Positions 52,035 through 64,000 of a DNA stretch of 64,000 nucleotides are shown in pieces. The notes below the pieces were generated by a model. That model was not told the DNA's origin and did no database searches. It saw only the letters and a list, made by a program, of their open reading frames with translations. The DNA is from Eledone cirrhosa (taxonomy: Eukaryota): positions 213,528,001-213,592,000 of the forward strand of contig OZ024742.1 of the NCBI GenBank assembly GCA_964016885.1, given 5' to 3'. Position 1 is the first letter of the stretch. The number at the start of each line of letters is the position of its first letter. The translations under genes were made by a program, and so were the position numbers.

Positions 52035-55000
52035 GAGTAGGATGTTTGAATGCACGTGGCCTGGGCTCAACTTGGAAGCAAGCAAAGCTTCTAAATGACC
52101 TCAGGTCATGTAGTATAAATGTAATGGTTATCTGTGAGACTCGAATCAGCGTCGTGCGGCAGCTGGCCCCCACCTTCGATGACTTTGAGGTGCATGCATC
52201 TCTCTGTCAACCTGGAGGTGGGGGTGGGGTTGTCGTACTGCTGCAAAAACACCTGGGTCTTGCCGTACAGGTTGTGCACTCGGACCCGGAGGGTCGTTTG
52301 TTGGTGCTAGACGTTGGCAGTAGTGAAAGTGCGGCCTTGAGACTGGTCGCCGTCTACTCCCCTTTCGGAGCTGAACGGCCCGACTTCTTCCAGCGTTTGG
52401 AGACTTTTCTGGGAACGTCGCGTTCCCTGCTTCTAGCGGGGGATTGGAATGACATCCTGGATGCACGTTGGGACTATGCAGGAGCATGTCCTAATAGAGG
52501 GGGGTGTAACAGCCTCAAGGGGTTACACGACCGTTTTAACTTGGTCGATAGATATCGACTAGATTTTCCAACTGTGCCTACCTGGACTTGGAGAAACCAC
52601 AGTGGTCAATCTAGATCGTACTTAGATAGATTCTTAGTTAGAAGTAAGGATAGGAACATATTAAGCTGTCCAGAAATGCGCACGGTTGGCTACACGGATC
52701 ACAAATTAGTGACCTGCGTGGTCAATCTCGAGAAAACACATAGACAGGGTCCCGGTTACTGGAAACTTAATTTGTCTTTACCGGCAAAAGAGACTTACAG
52801 AAACCGGATTAGCAGATTAGTTAAGGAGAGGTTGACGGGTGCAATCGTCAACAACCGATGGTGGGCATCTCTCAAAAGAGAGATTAGAACAGAATCAATA
52901 AGTTATAGCAAGATGTTAGCTGCCGATAGGAATAGGAACGAGAAAGAATTAACAGGTAAATTAGAAGAGGCAATCAAGAGCGAAGATGTGGCCAGAGTGC
53001 TGGCATCGAGGACGGCCTTGAACCAGTTTTTCGATGCAAAGCACGAAGGCTGCGTCATTCGAAGTAAAATACGTGCTCTAGGTAATGAGGGGGCCAAAGC
53101 CGTTGGATGGGCCCGCGTGACAGAAGCTAAGAGTGGAAATCGATCCACCATCCGGTCGTTGCAAGACGAAGATGGACGGGTGATCCGGGAGCCTAAGCAG
53201 ATGTGCGAGGCCTTTCAAAGGCACTTTGCCCGATTGTTCGGGGGAGGCGAGGGTCCGGGCGGGGACGTGAATTTCGGTCCATACCTCGACGGCCTGCCGC
53301 GTCTCTCGAACGAAGAGGCAGAGTCCTGCGAGGGACCAATCTCGGCTGATGAGATCGGAGATGCGCTGAGCCAATGCAGCAGACGCAAATCTCCAGGTCT
53401 CGATGGTATACCTTACGAACTTTATTTAGCAATGCCGGTCTTCTTCTCCGAACTCCTCGAAGCGGTCTACTGCAATTGGCAGCAGAACGGGAGAATTCCT
53501 TGTTCTGTAGCCAAGGGCGTAGTCACGCTGGTGAGGAAGGACGAGAACAAGGGGGATAGTATAAATAATGTTCGGCCCATAACCCTGCTAAACACAGAGT
53601 TAAAGATTTTGGCCAAGGTATTAGCAAAGAGGTTGGCGCTTGTCGGGGGTGGCCTGGTGGGAGATGCGCAGACATGTGCTATCCCATCCAGGTCCATTCA
53701 CGATAACCTCCACCTCATGCGATACATCATAGAGAGGGTTGGCAACAAACCCGGCTTCGGTGGGGCCCTGATCAACTTGGATCAGTCTAAGGCCTTCGAT
53801 AGGGTCGACCATGGTTACCTGGATGCGGTGCTAGCGGCGGCTGGGTTCGGTCCTGTTTTCAGAGGCTGGATCACTGCCCTACATAGCAACCACATCTGTT
53901 CTAGTATCAAGGTGAACGGCTACCTTTCGAAGCCGTTCGAAATCACACGATCCATTCGACAGGGGTGCCCTCTCTCCTCCCTTCTGTACGTATTGACTCT
54001 CGAGCCTTTACTGAGGAAGTTGGAGTTGTTGCAGGGTATCCCCCTGGAACCAGGATTGAGCAAAACGGTGTCGGCCTACGCCGATGACGTAACAGTAATG
54101 GTATCAACCGACTCGGAGATCGAGGCGATCGGTACCTTACTGGAGGAGTACGAAAGGTTGTCAGGAGCGAAACTGAACCGGGAAAAATCCATCGGGCTGC
54201 AACTCGGAACGTGGAGAGGCAGACCGATGCCTCCTGACGGTGTCGTCGGACACTGGACGGAGGGCCCGGTAAAGTTGCTTGGGGTCTGGTTTGGACCGGA
54301 CCTCCAGGTGGAAAAGAACTGGAACGAGGTTACGAACAAGGTGTTTGCACTAACCCAGAAATGGGCCAAGTGTAAGCTGTCCCTAAAAGGCCGGGCGGAG
54401 GTGGCGAACATTTACATAGCGTCCGTCACTTACTACCGCCTGACTGTCGTGCCTTGCCCTAAGGAAACACTCACCACCACGGAACGCATGCTCTTCCAAT
54501 TTCTTTGGAAGAAGCGTCCTCCTATGGTGAGAAGATCCATCTGCTGCCAACAACCTTCGAAAGGAGGGCTGGGGATGCCGTGGTTGATGATGCGTAGGCA
54601 CGCATTAAGGCTACGGCACCTACAGGTATTCCTCACTGGTCAACCGGTGTGGGCTCCGTTCGTGAAACGAGCCTTTCAGAGACTCGTCTCGCTCACCGAG
54701 CTACAGTCCTGGGTCAAGCAAAGATCCGGAAAACTGGGAGACTGGCACACTGAGTGTGCTCAGGCGCTCAGGGCTCTCTGGCAAGCGGGCCAGGCCATCG
54801 GTGGAGAATCCACCTCATCATTCTATAGAGGGCTGGTGGCTAGCAGGGGCGATGACACCCTTGGAGAGTCGCTGGACATGGAAGAAGACGAACTGGCCAG
54901 CCTGTTCGGTAGGACTTTCGGCCCAGGACCAATGGACAACTTCCAGAAGTCACTGGCCTGGCAGTGCTACCGGGGGGCTCTACGCGTTTGAGAGAGGCTC

Positions 55001-55458
55001 TACAGACACGGGCGCCCGGGCAGGGATCCCTCAAAAAAGATTCGCCCTAGATGCGTGCGTCACGAAGAAACCGTTGCGCACGCATTGGTGCAATGTCCGG
55101 GCGTGGCTGATCTGTGGGGCTACGCCGAACGACTGCTGTCGCGGGTGGCGCCGATTAAATTGACCGCCGAGTCCGTGATGACAATCAAACCGCCTCCCCT
55201 CTTCACAAAGGAAGCAAAGGCGGTTTTTCTGTGCGTAATAGCCATGTTGAAAGAGGTTGTTTGGTGGACACGATTGAAAGGTCTGAGGTCAGGCAACTTT
55301 CTCTCTGGCCATAGTCTGGTCTACTTCTTCCGATATCACTTCGGAAGAAGGATAAGAATGGAGAGAGAGGTGCTTGGCCACAGGCAGTTTTATGAAAGGT
55401 GGGTGATAGTGGCGAGAATGGCTCGTGTAAATGGGCCTTCTCTGTATACCATCCTGTA
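52022..55458 (+). CDS. Tx1 ORF2: APE endonuclease - RT - C-terminal Cys motif, with one in-frame TGA at 54989-54991
   Basis: CLNARGL, GDWN, SYLDRFL, TDH, GPGYWKLN, SPGLDG, RPITLLN, LDQSKAFDRVDH, RQGCPLS, AYADD; continues in frame after the stop to EETVAHALVQCP. Confidence 0.93.
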
Positions 55459-55673
55459 GGTAAAGAAGTAAAGGAGAGGGGAGCACCTTCTCCATCTGCT
55501 CCCCGGGCAAAGGATTGCACACTTTTTCGGGGGTGTGTGCAACCCCCATCACGTCCCCTCCCTTTTGAGGTTATTTTCGATTATTTTCATGTTACACCCT
55601 TTTTACTCGATTATATGTAAACTCCCCCTTTGTATTTGTCCCTTCTTTTTATGCCTTTATGGTAAATAAAGAA

Positions 55674-55727
<54 letters not shown>

Positions 55728-55964
55728 ATAATACATACATATATATATATATATAACAAAGAGGGTGGACCATAACGCACCAGAGTACTCGATACTTGGA
55801 GTTGTAGAGTGGATAATATGAAATGATTCAGGACATGGCGGCTGAGCTCCGCCCGTTTCGAGAGCTAGATCCGAACGCGTATGAGTTCAGATCTAGCTGT
55901 TGAAACGACCGGAGTTCACCCGTCGCGGTCCTGGATCATTTCATATATATATTTATATATACGA

Positions 55965-56112
55965 CTGATTTCTGCACAGTATCCTCCTATCAAATTTAAG
56001 TCGTAAAGTATTGGCTCGCCCGAAACTATGGAAAAATCCATCGCGCCTCTCTGGGATTGAATCCAGAACTGCGTGGTTGTAAAGCAAATCGTTTAACTAC
56101 ACAACCATGCCT
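55965..56112 (-). mobile_element. tRNA-derived SINE
   Basis: Minus strand: GGCATGGTTGTGTAGTTAAA...GGATTCAATCCC. Confidence 0.6.
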
Positions 56113-56339
56113 AACTATACATTTCCGAAATGTAAGTGCGTTTTTGCAATCAGCTGAAACATCATGATATGGCCGCGAGTGTATTAATGTGTAATAATAT
56201 ATTTTTAAACCTTGGGTATCTCTTTGATAATTTTATTATCAATTATTATAAGATAATCTTCGTTAAACGTTTCTGTGTATCGTTGTCAAAATTAATGAAT
56301 AAACCATATTCTTATTTTTCTTCGTCAAAATGTTGAATT

Positions 56340-56900
56340 TTCCCAGCATACCAGCATTAATAACAGTATCATATGTGAGTTGTGATCATTCTTCTATCAA
56401 TTTTAATCATACTTTCATCATTACATTTTCTGCATAGATGTTAAACAAAGACAGAGAAAGTACATCCTTGTCGTACCCTCTGCTCAAATTGAAAACTCTA
56501 TTTAAATCCTACATTACTTTTGACAGTTACTGAGAATAAAGTGATTTTAATAATTGTATGGAATACAGAGGAATTCCCATTTCAACCATCCTTGAACATA
56601 ATTTGATGTGAATAACCACGTAAAAGGTTCTTTGATAGTCCAATAAATGCAATAAATAACAATTCATCATTCTCTTTAGTTTTCTCAATAGATTAAGTAT
56701 AGCATCTCGTTCCATTTCCTGTTCTAAAATCAACTTGTTGCTCTACTATTTCCATTTCATATTTGACTTTAACTCTCCCAGCAATGATCTGAAATAAAAC
56801 GTTAAAAGCAGTATTTATCAGCGCCAGTGTTCTGTTGATTTTTTATTGGAGAAGGTAGGAAATTCTTCATATTTTTAATTTGTGTATTTTACTAGTGAAC
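56340..56900 (-). pseudogene. Old, degraded RTE-like RT fragment
   Basis: Remnants such as LLDYQRTF..V.H.KL..MVEMGIP. Confidence 0.55.
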
Positions 56901-56917
56901 ATTCATTTCCCATAAAA

Positions 56918-59900
56918 TATCTTCTTGGTTGTCCATCGTAAACGATGATGACATCTTTATTTTAGTTCCCGTCTGCCGTGCGCACGAAGGTGGCTGTGGC
57001 GGCCGATCCTGTCCTGAGCATGGGACTCGAGTTGTTTTGGGACGATTCCAGTGTTGTTGATACTGGACTTCACGCAGTCTTTGAAACTCTTGAGAGGCCT
57101 GCCCTGCTTTCGTTTCCTCGAACAGAGTTCCCCATACATCAGTTGCTTCGGAAGCCTGTGATCGTCCATCCGGATATCTCTCACCCATCGAAGTCGGCTC
57201 TTCAGTATCATAGCTTCGACACTGGTTGTCTCAGCCATGTCAAGAACTTCGAGGTTGCAGACCTTGTCCTGCCATTTGATGTTCATGATTGACCGCAGGC
57301 TGCGCATGTGGAACCGCTCCAGCTGCTTCAGGTGCCTTCTGTACAGGGTCCATGTCTCACATCCGTAGAGGAGGCTGGTGAGAACAACGGTCCTGTACAC
57401 ATTCAGCTTGATGGACTGCCTGATGTTGCGCTGGTTCAGGACGCGTGTCCTCAGGCGGCCAAGGGCTTGGCTGGCCTTGCAGATCCTGGCATTTATCTCC
57501 TTGTCGACGCTTCCATCGCTGCTGATGACACTGCCGAGATACTTGAAGTCGTGCACCGTCTTTAGTTGTGTGCCTCCGATGGAGATGGTAGGAGGGTGGG
57601 CGACGGAGGCAGGTGCAGGCTGGAACAGGACCTCAGTCTTGCCAAGGCTAATTGTGAAACCGAAGAGACAGGAGGCCTCCGCTAACTTGTTGACGATGAC
57701 TTGGAGGTCAGACTCCCTGTGGGCCATGAGGGCACAGTCGTCAGCAAAAAGTGCCTCCAGGACGATCCTCTGCACGGTCCTTGTCTTGGCCGTCAGGCGC
57801 CGCAGGTCAAACAGGGAGCCGTCCAGTCTGTATCGCAGATACACTCCGTGCTCGAGGTCCCTGACGGCATGATTGAGCACGCAGGGGAAGAACAGGTTGA
57901 AGAGGACGGGAGCCAGCACGCATCCTTGCTTGACGCCGTTGGTGATTCCGAACGGCCCCGATGCCTCTCCGCCCGAGCGCACCTGCCCGGTCATGTCGTC
58001 ATGGAATTGCCGTATCAGGTTCACGAACTTTGTCGGGCATCCAAACTTCGACAGGATCGACCAGAGGGCCTCCCTGTTGACACTATCGAAGGCCTTCGTC
58101 AAGTCTATAAAGACGGCAAAGAGGTCCATGTTCTGCTCGACACACTTCTCCTGCACCTGGCGTACAGAGAAGTTCATGTAGATCGTGCTGCGGTTTGGGC
58201 GGAACCTACATCGAGCCTCAGGCAGGTTGTCCTCCGAGATGTTGGCATGACCCGAGCCAGGTCCTTCCCAGCGATGGATAGGGGAGAAATGCCCCGATAG
58301 TTGCCACAGTCAGTTTTTCTGCCTTTGTTCATAAAAGCGAGACAACTGTGGCATCCCTGAAGTCTTTGGGCACCTCTTTTTCCTCCCTTATGCTGACGAG
58401 GAGGGTGTAGAAGGCCCCCGGGGCAGCTGGACCGGCCGACTTGTAGATCTCGGCAGGAATCCCATCCTTCCCAGGGGCCTTTCTTGAGCTGGTCTGGTTG
58501 ATTGCCTTCGTGACTTCATCCAACGTTGATGGGGGGTCGACTCTGCTTACTACGGGCTTCTGTGGGACCTGGTCGAGGGCGGCAGGGTCGACAGTGGAGG
58601 GCCTGTTGAGCAGGTTGCCTGTTGAGCATCGAGTTGATGCTGCTCTTCTCCTTCAGCAGGGTCGAGCCGTCAGCAGACAGCAGCGGTGTGGTGACAGGCT
58701 TGGGGGATCCGTAGACGTCTCCGATGGCGCTGAAGAACATCTTGGAGTTCTTTGTGTCAGCGTATCTCTCGATTTCTTTGTCCTACATTCTTTGTCCAGC
58801 ATTCTGCCTAGCGCTGCTTGGGTCTGCCTCTGGAGGTGCTTGAACTGGTCGCACTTCGAGGTGGAGGAGCTGTCATTCTGCCACTCGTCCAGGAGTTGTC
58901 TGATGCGCTCATCGTTTTCATCCAACCAGTCCTGGTGGATTCTCTTCCTCAGCCTGATGGTTCCCTTGGCTGACTCTGTCACCAGCGACCTGAACTGGTC
59001 CCATTGTTGACTTGGGTCCGGTCAGTGGTCCATGGGCATTCAGCCGGCCGTCCAAGTCTTCCACGAACTCATCACGATGCTCTGGCTGCTTGAGTTGTGT
59101 GACGTCGAAAGCTGGCCTACAGACTTTCGGAATCTTGCGATGCGTCGGGGTGATGTGCGGTGACTGGATGGTCCTGACAAGGCGATGGTCGGTCCAACAC
59201 TCTGCACCACACATGGCCCTGGTGATTCTGACGTCACGGATGTCCCTCCTGCGGCATATGGCAACGTCAATCAGATGACACTGTTTGGATCTGCGGTGCA
59301 TCCATGTCGTCTTGAACTTGTCTGCTTGGTGGAACAGTGTGCTGGTGATGGTGAGGTCGTTCTCGGCGCAGAAACCCAACAGTACGAGGCCGTTAGAGTT
59401 CAGCTTCCCTGTGCCGTGAGGTCCCAGCACGCCTCTCCAGTTTCTGCTGTCAGACCCGACTCTTGCGTTGAAGTCCCCCAGTAGGATAAGTTTATCGCTT
59501 GGGAGACGCCCTTCACGAGTGCGTTGAGTTCCCCGTAGAAAGCGTCTTTTTCTTAATCGTTGCTGGTGAGAGTGGGGGCTTACGCGCTGATGACTGTGAC
59601 ATGCCGAGATGGGTCGAGAGGGAAGCGGAGCTTCATCAGCCACTCACTCACAGGAGTTGGGAGGTCTCGTAGCTGCTTGCAGAGCGAAGTCCTGATGGCC
59701 AGGCCTACCCCGTGGGTTCTGTCCTTGTCCTTTGCATTGCCCTTCCAGAAGAAGGTGTAGCCTCCTTTCGGTTCTGCTACTGATCCTTCTTCGGTGAGTC
59801 TGGTCTCGCTGAGGACGGCTATGTTGATCCGGTAGCGAGCTAATTCCCTTGCTATGAGAGCATTTCTCCTCTCTGGCCTCAAGGAGGTTTACCTAACCAC

Positions 59901-60721
59901 GAGGGAGCGCATATTCCATGCGCCGAGAATCAAGTTCTTCTTTCTATTATCTTGGTTTCGACCGCTTAGAAGGGTAAAACCGCCAACCGCGGTAGACTGG
60001 TCGGCTTTGTGTGGGACGAGCATTTGGTTAGGGCTCCTTTTATCGCTCCTCCTCTCGTGCGAGGGTGAGCAGTGCTCCTCTGAAAAGGGCTGCTCAGTCG
60101 TCCTGTCATCCCAGAGTCAGGAGGAAAACGACTTGCATATCCAGGCCGCCCACATGTTACCTGCACCTGTTACCTCCGCCTCTCTCCCATCGCCGCAGGG
60201 CTTTGGGAGTGCACGCTAAAGAAGAAACCTGTGCGGGAAAAGTTTATAGTGGGAGGGCCAGTGCACAGTGACGGTCCCACTCACTCGGCCGCAGAAGCCA
60301 GAACCCGGTGGTATGGAGGACCGTAACGACCAGGGACTTCCTTAGCAGCAGTGGATGGCCACGACGTCTGTAGTGCCTTGTCGTGCCCTAGCGCTCCACA
60401 CCGCTTGCTGTCACCGCCTTCGTGACCGTTGGGAAGATGTTGTCCTCCTCCACTCACTCCGCGTGTCCAGTCTTCGCATGCAGGGGCAGGCATCCCCTAT
60501 CTAACTCACCGGGGTGTTTCAGACCCGTCCGGCTACCCTCAACCTGCTTTAGCCCGCCAGCCAACGCGGTTTACCAGGGTGTGGCCGCTGTCGCATGCTA
60601 CAGCTTCTTGGGGTCACAGGTGAGAGCTGAGTGTAAGGTGGGACCCAATGCAGGACGAGCTGTCCTGAAAAGGGCACAGCTAGCCGCCCCTACAGAGGTA
60701 CATGCCCGTATCTGACACCCC
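56918..60721 (-). mobile_element. Full-length but frameshifted RTE (BovB-like) LINE
   Basis: APE ([30 protein letters not shown]) and RT (APGKDGIPAE, FIDLTKAFDSV, GVKQGCVLAP, LFADD, FKYLGS, LLYGCETW); GC-rich 5' UTR ending at 60721. Confidence 0.92.
60538..60721 (-). ncRNA. Candidate HDV-like ribozyme at the RTE 5' end
   Basis: P1 GGGGTGT/ACACCCT (G1-U), GG for P1.1, P4 CCGC/GCGG, J4/2 GCTAA, P2 CTCA-CCTG/CAGG-t-TGAG. Confidence 0.5.
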
Positions 60722-61039
60722 AGGCATATACACACGCATATGCATACACATACATATGTAGATGTGTATATACATATTTATACATTTTTGGATGGCCGCG
60801 TGACCCTTATCAGTTCTTCAGCCCTTTGTCAGGTTTTGTTTTTTGTCCTGCAGGGTGTCCAAAATCACCCTCCTCACCAAGTAAACTTGGTGGGCATGCC
60901 AGTTTAGTCGCCGACGACCCGACCATGTGACAGGTGGTACTGGTTTACATGTTACCAGTAGCACTCAAGAGTGACAATAGAATATAGTTAGTTGATAAAG
61001 TTTATGTACAAATAAATTGGTTATACTTCTACATTTCAT

Positions 61040-61375
61040 TGGCCCCACTCGGTCACGAATGACCATGCTTTTGCACCTAGAAAGTTTCCCTCCGAGGCAC
61101 AAGCCTGGACAAGGTTTGTTTTGTGGAAGACCGGCAGTCACCCATGTATACAAGCCTCCCATCTCCATGCCACTGATGTTATCCAAGAGTAAGGCAATGG
61201 CCGATACAGCTTGGCACCAGCGACGTTGCAACTCATTTCTACAGCTGAGTAAACTGGAGCAACGTGAAATAAAGTGTCTTGCTCAACGACACAACGCATC
61301 ACTCTGTCCGAGAATCGAACTCACAACCTCTCAATTGCAAGACCAATGCTCTAACCACTACGCCATGCGCCTTCA
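61040..61375 (-). mobile_element. tRNA-derived SINE, second family
   Basis: Minus strand: GGCGCATGGCGTAGTGGTTAGAGC...GAGTTCGATTCTC...TTGAGCAAGACACTT. Confidence 0.75.
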
Positions 61376-61559
61376 TACTTCTACAATACACAAGATATTT
61401 GAAACATTTTTTTATACAATTCCTAATAATAATTAATTATAAAAAAACAATCGAATTTTTTAAACATCGAATGGCGGTGGAGCTCTAATAGAGTAAAATA
61501 GGAATGAAAGATAAACGATAAGTAAAACAAGACTGAGAACCACTGGTTTAACTGGTCAC

Positions 61560-63330
61560 CTCTGGGACTAAATGATAGGACCCTGATCTGTTTGTCATGC
61601 TTTATTGATCCATCTGAACATCAATCACTGACTCCAAGATAGGTGCTCCTATACTCACACTATACACGGTATTATTGTTTCCGATATCTTGCGCATGGTT
61701 GAATGCATACTTCCACATCTAAGAATTGGGTATGCTAGAGATACGACCGGTTTTCTCTGTCACGCTAATGTAAATAAAGAAATCATAATATTTCTTTTTC
61801 TTGGGAAAGGGATTTAAGTTGATTTGCTCAAATCATTGACCATAAATTTCCATCGCACATTTTTTTGTACAGACACATATAGTGAAGCAATTTCCGCGAG
61901 GATTCCTTTCCAAGGTCTGCTACTATTTCCAAGGTCTGCTACTATGTCGTCTATTTGAGAACTTTTTTAGTTTTTCAAACTTTTTATAGCTTTTTATTTA
62001 TTATTTCTTTTTTTACTTCAAGCATTTATACTTTGATCATTTGATTACTTTCTGTTTGAATAACATCTGTTTTCTTCATGTATAAGCTGTAGTTTTTTTG
62101 TATCCACCTTTCAGTTATATATTCCCATTCATATTTGACATTACCATCTTTGTCTTTGATAATATCATTTCTTTGTTGAATCTTGTTAACTTCATTGCTT
62201 CGAAAAGATATTTAATAGTGTTTATTATTATCATATTTGATGTTTCCCAGCTTGTCTTTTTTCATCAAGTTTGAATTTCTTGGCTTAGCTGTTGATATCA
62301 TTCTTTAGATTCGAATGATGCCATGCTGGTTTTTGCAAATCATTTTTCAGTTTTATTCAATGAGTGGTCTGTTATCCACTTCAATGTTTTTTTTTTCTTT
62401 TTGTTTCCTTTGGTAATATTTTCTATGCTACTTCCAAAATCACATATTTAGCTTAATGCCAGTTTCTTTTAGGTTTTTATTTTAGTAGCGTTTTTTCATA
62501 TCACCAAAATTGTTCAAAACTTTTTAAAACTTCAACATTATTTTCATTTAGAAAGTTTTCAAGACAATACCATCTTGGTGTAGTAATCTTTTTATTGCTA
62601 TTAAGATGCAATTTAATAATTGAAACAATAAGCTGCTGGCAGACTTGGATATGTTCTAACATTCTCTTTTTATTTTTCCATTGCTGTTGAACATTTAAAT
62701 GAGTGAAATTGGTTACAAATCTTGTGATCAGGATAAATCAAAGTGCAATATTGTCTATGATGTCGGTTAAACCATGCATTAAAAACTCAGAGTTTGTTTG
62801 ATTCAAAAATTCAATTAAACTGTCTCCTTGATAATTCCGTATGCCTAAACTGAAATTACCCACAGCTGCTGATTTTGTTGTTAATTTTCCTACCTTAACA
62901 TTTGCATCTCGGATCAAAAGTAAAGCATCTTTAGAGGGTGATTGATCGATTTCTTCTTGAAGTGCATCATAGAATCGATCTAATTCATCTTAATGCGCGA
63001 CTGTTGTTGGAACATAAAACCGTTTGACAGTAACGATAAACGGTTTACCTGTAAATCTGATCTTTATAATTCGATCATTAACTTGTTTTTATCCAAACAA
63101 GGGCTTAGTGGCAGTTATATTCAACACTAACCTTATAGCTATAACACTTCTCACTTTCTGGGAAGATTAACATTATATCATTGTCTGTTGTAAAATAGCC
63201 ATTTACAGTCTATTTAATTACTGAAAGTTATTCTGTGTTCATTTCATTGCATACTAGTTGTAGTTTTTCAACTTGACATAAACATTTTTCATTCAATGTG
63301 CCAATTTTCATGTTTGACGAACATTAGTAC
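61560..63330 (-). pseudogene. Old, degraded RTE-like APE/linker region
   Basis: Minus-strand remnants YVPTT, RFYDALQEEIDQLPSKD, DANVKVG, GNFSLGIRN. Confidence 0.6.
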
Positions 63331-63826
63331 TGAAATCTTAATCGACATCAGCAACAAAATTATCAATGCTTTTTGTTTTTTATGTATTTTATTTTTCTAG
63401 CTTCACTATAAGCAACAACTTCATTCTGTATTTCTCGATTTCTAGTGCATCCACTTTAGTAGTTTAATAGGAGCTGGGGCACAGCCAGTGTTTCTAATCT
63501 TACAATACCGCATGGTATTTTTCAAAGATATTTTATCATTCAAGTTTTCTATAAAACACAACGGTGGTTAGTGCCCGCTGTTATCTTATAAATCTAGGAT
63601 TTATGCTGTTTGACATTTAGAGAATTATTGCTACTGCCCTGTAGTGTTTACACTGTGGTAATTATATTTTCAATTGCCATTCTGTTAGATGACTTGTTAT
63701 ATAAGTCTAATGAGAATACTCTTCACTGAAATGGATTTCGGACATGAATCCCATGCCTAGATATATTTGTCTATTGTTAGTTGGTAATCTTGTGATATTC
63801 CGAGTCTATCCAAATTCTTGAGGGTC

Positions 63827-63929
<103 letters not shown>

Positions 63930-64000
63930 CCGTGGTGGTGTGGCGAGCTGATCTCTACACGTCTGAAGCCCTCAGGCAGCTCTGTAACCACCTCTTCTAC

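Larger units (their letters stand above)
49856..55674 (+). mobile_element. Near full-length Tx1/L1-clade LINE inserted in (TCTA)n
   Basis: ORF1 and ORF2, 3' UTR with AATAAA; (TCTA)n at 49782-49855 and 55675-55727. Confidence 0.93.

Noticed and set aside
54989-54991. In-frame TGA in Tx1 ORF2 as selenocysteine or programmed readthrough
   Set aside because: Context LRV*ERL fits an Arg CGA-to-TGA CpG transition; it is not a Cys position.
61300-61375. tRNA-like sequences (also ~22440 and ~56050)
   Set aside because: They are SINE heads with A/B boxes continuing into SINE bodies, not tRNA genes.

Overview
Repeat-saturated, AT-rich animal DNA with no intact host gene I can recognise. The SINE types and microsatellite load suggest an octopus or other cephalopod (inference). 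Protein-coding content is all transposon-derived: a decayed R4/Dong-type RLE LINE (0.7-3.6 kb), several Penelope-like (PLE) GIY-YIG fragments, a Helitron PIF1 helicase fragment (28.3-29.25 kb), a CRE-type LINE with an internal inversion and 13-bp target-site duplication (31.7-34.4 kb), a near-intact Tx1/L1 LINE inserted in (TCTA)n (49.9-55.7 kb), and a full-length RTE LINE (56.9-60.7 kb) with an HDV-like ribozyme candidate at its 5' end. The main signal is not in the ORF track. I count about 30 minimal type-I hammerhead ribozyme (HHR) motifs or half-motifs from more than ten sequence families, nearly all in elements sitting in (TA)n tracts. Several belong to non-coding monomers (~426, ~558, ~593, ~990 nt) present as more-than-unit-length, circularly permuted copies, usually with a fold-back inverted arm. 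This suggests a diverse retrozyme-like or non-autonomous PLE system copied from circular or tandem RNA. Some HHRs show compensatory changes (stem I covariation, U3-A8 core) and unusually large, branched stem II inserts. All folds were read by eye, coordinates are approximate, and activity is untested.
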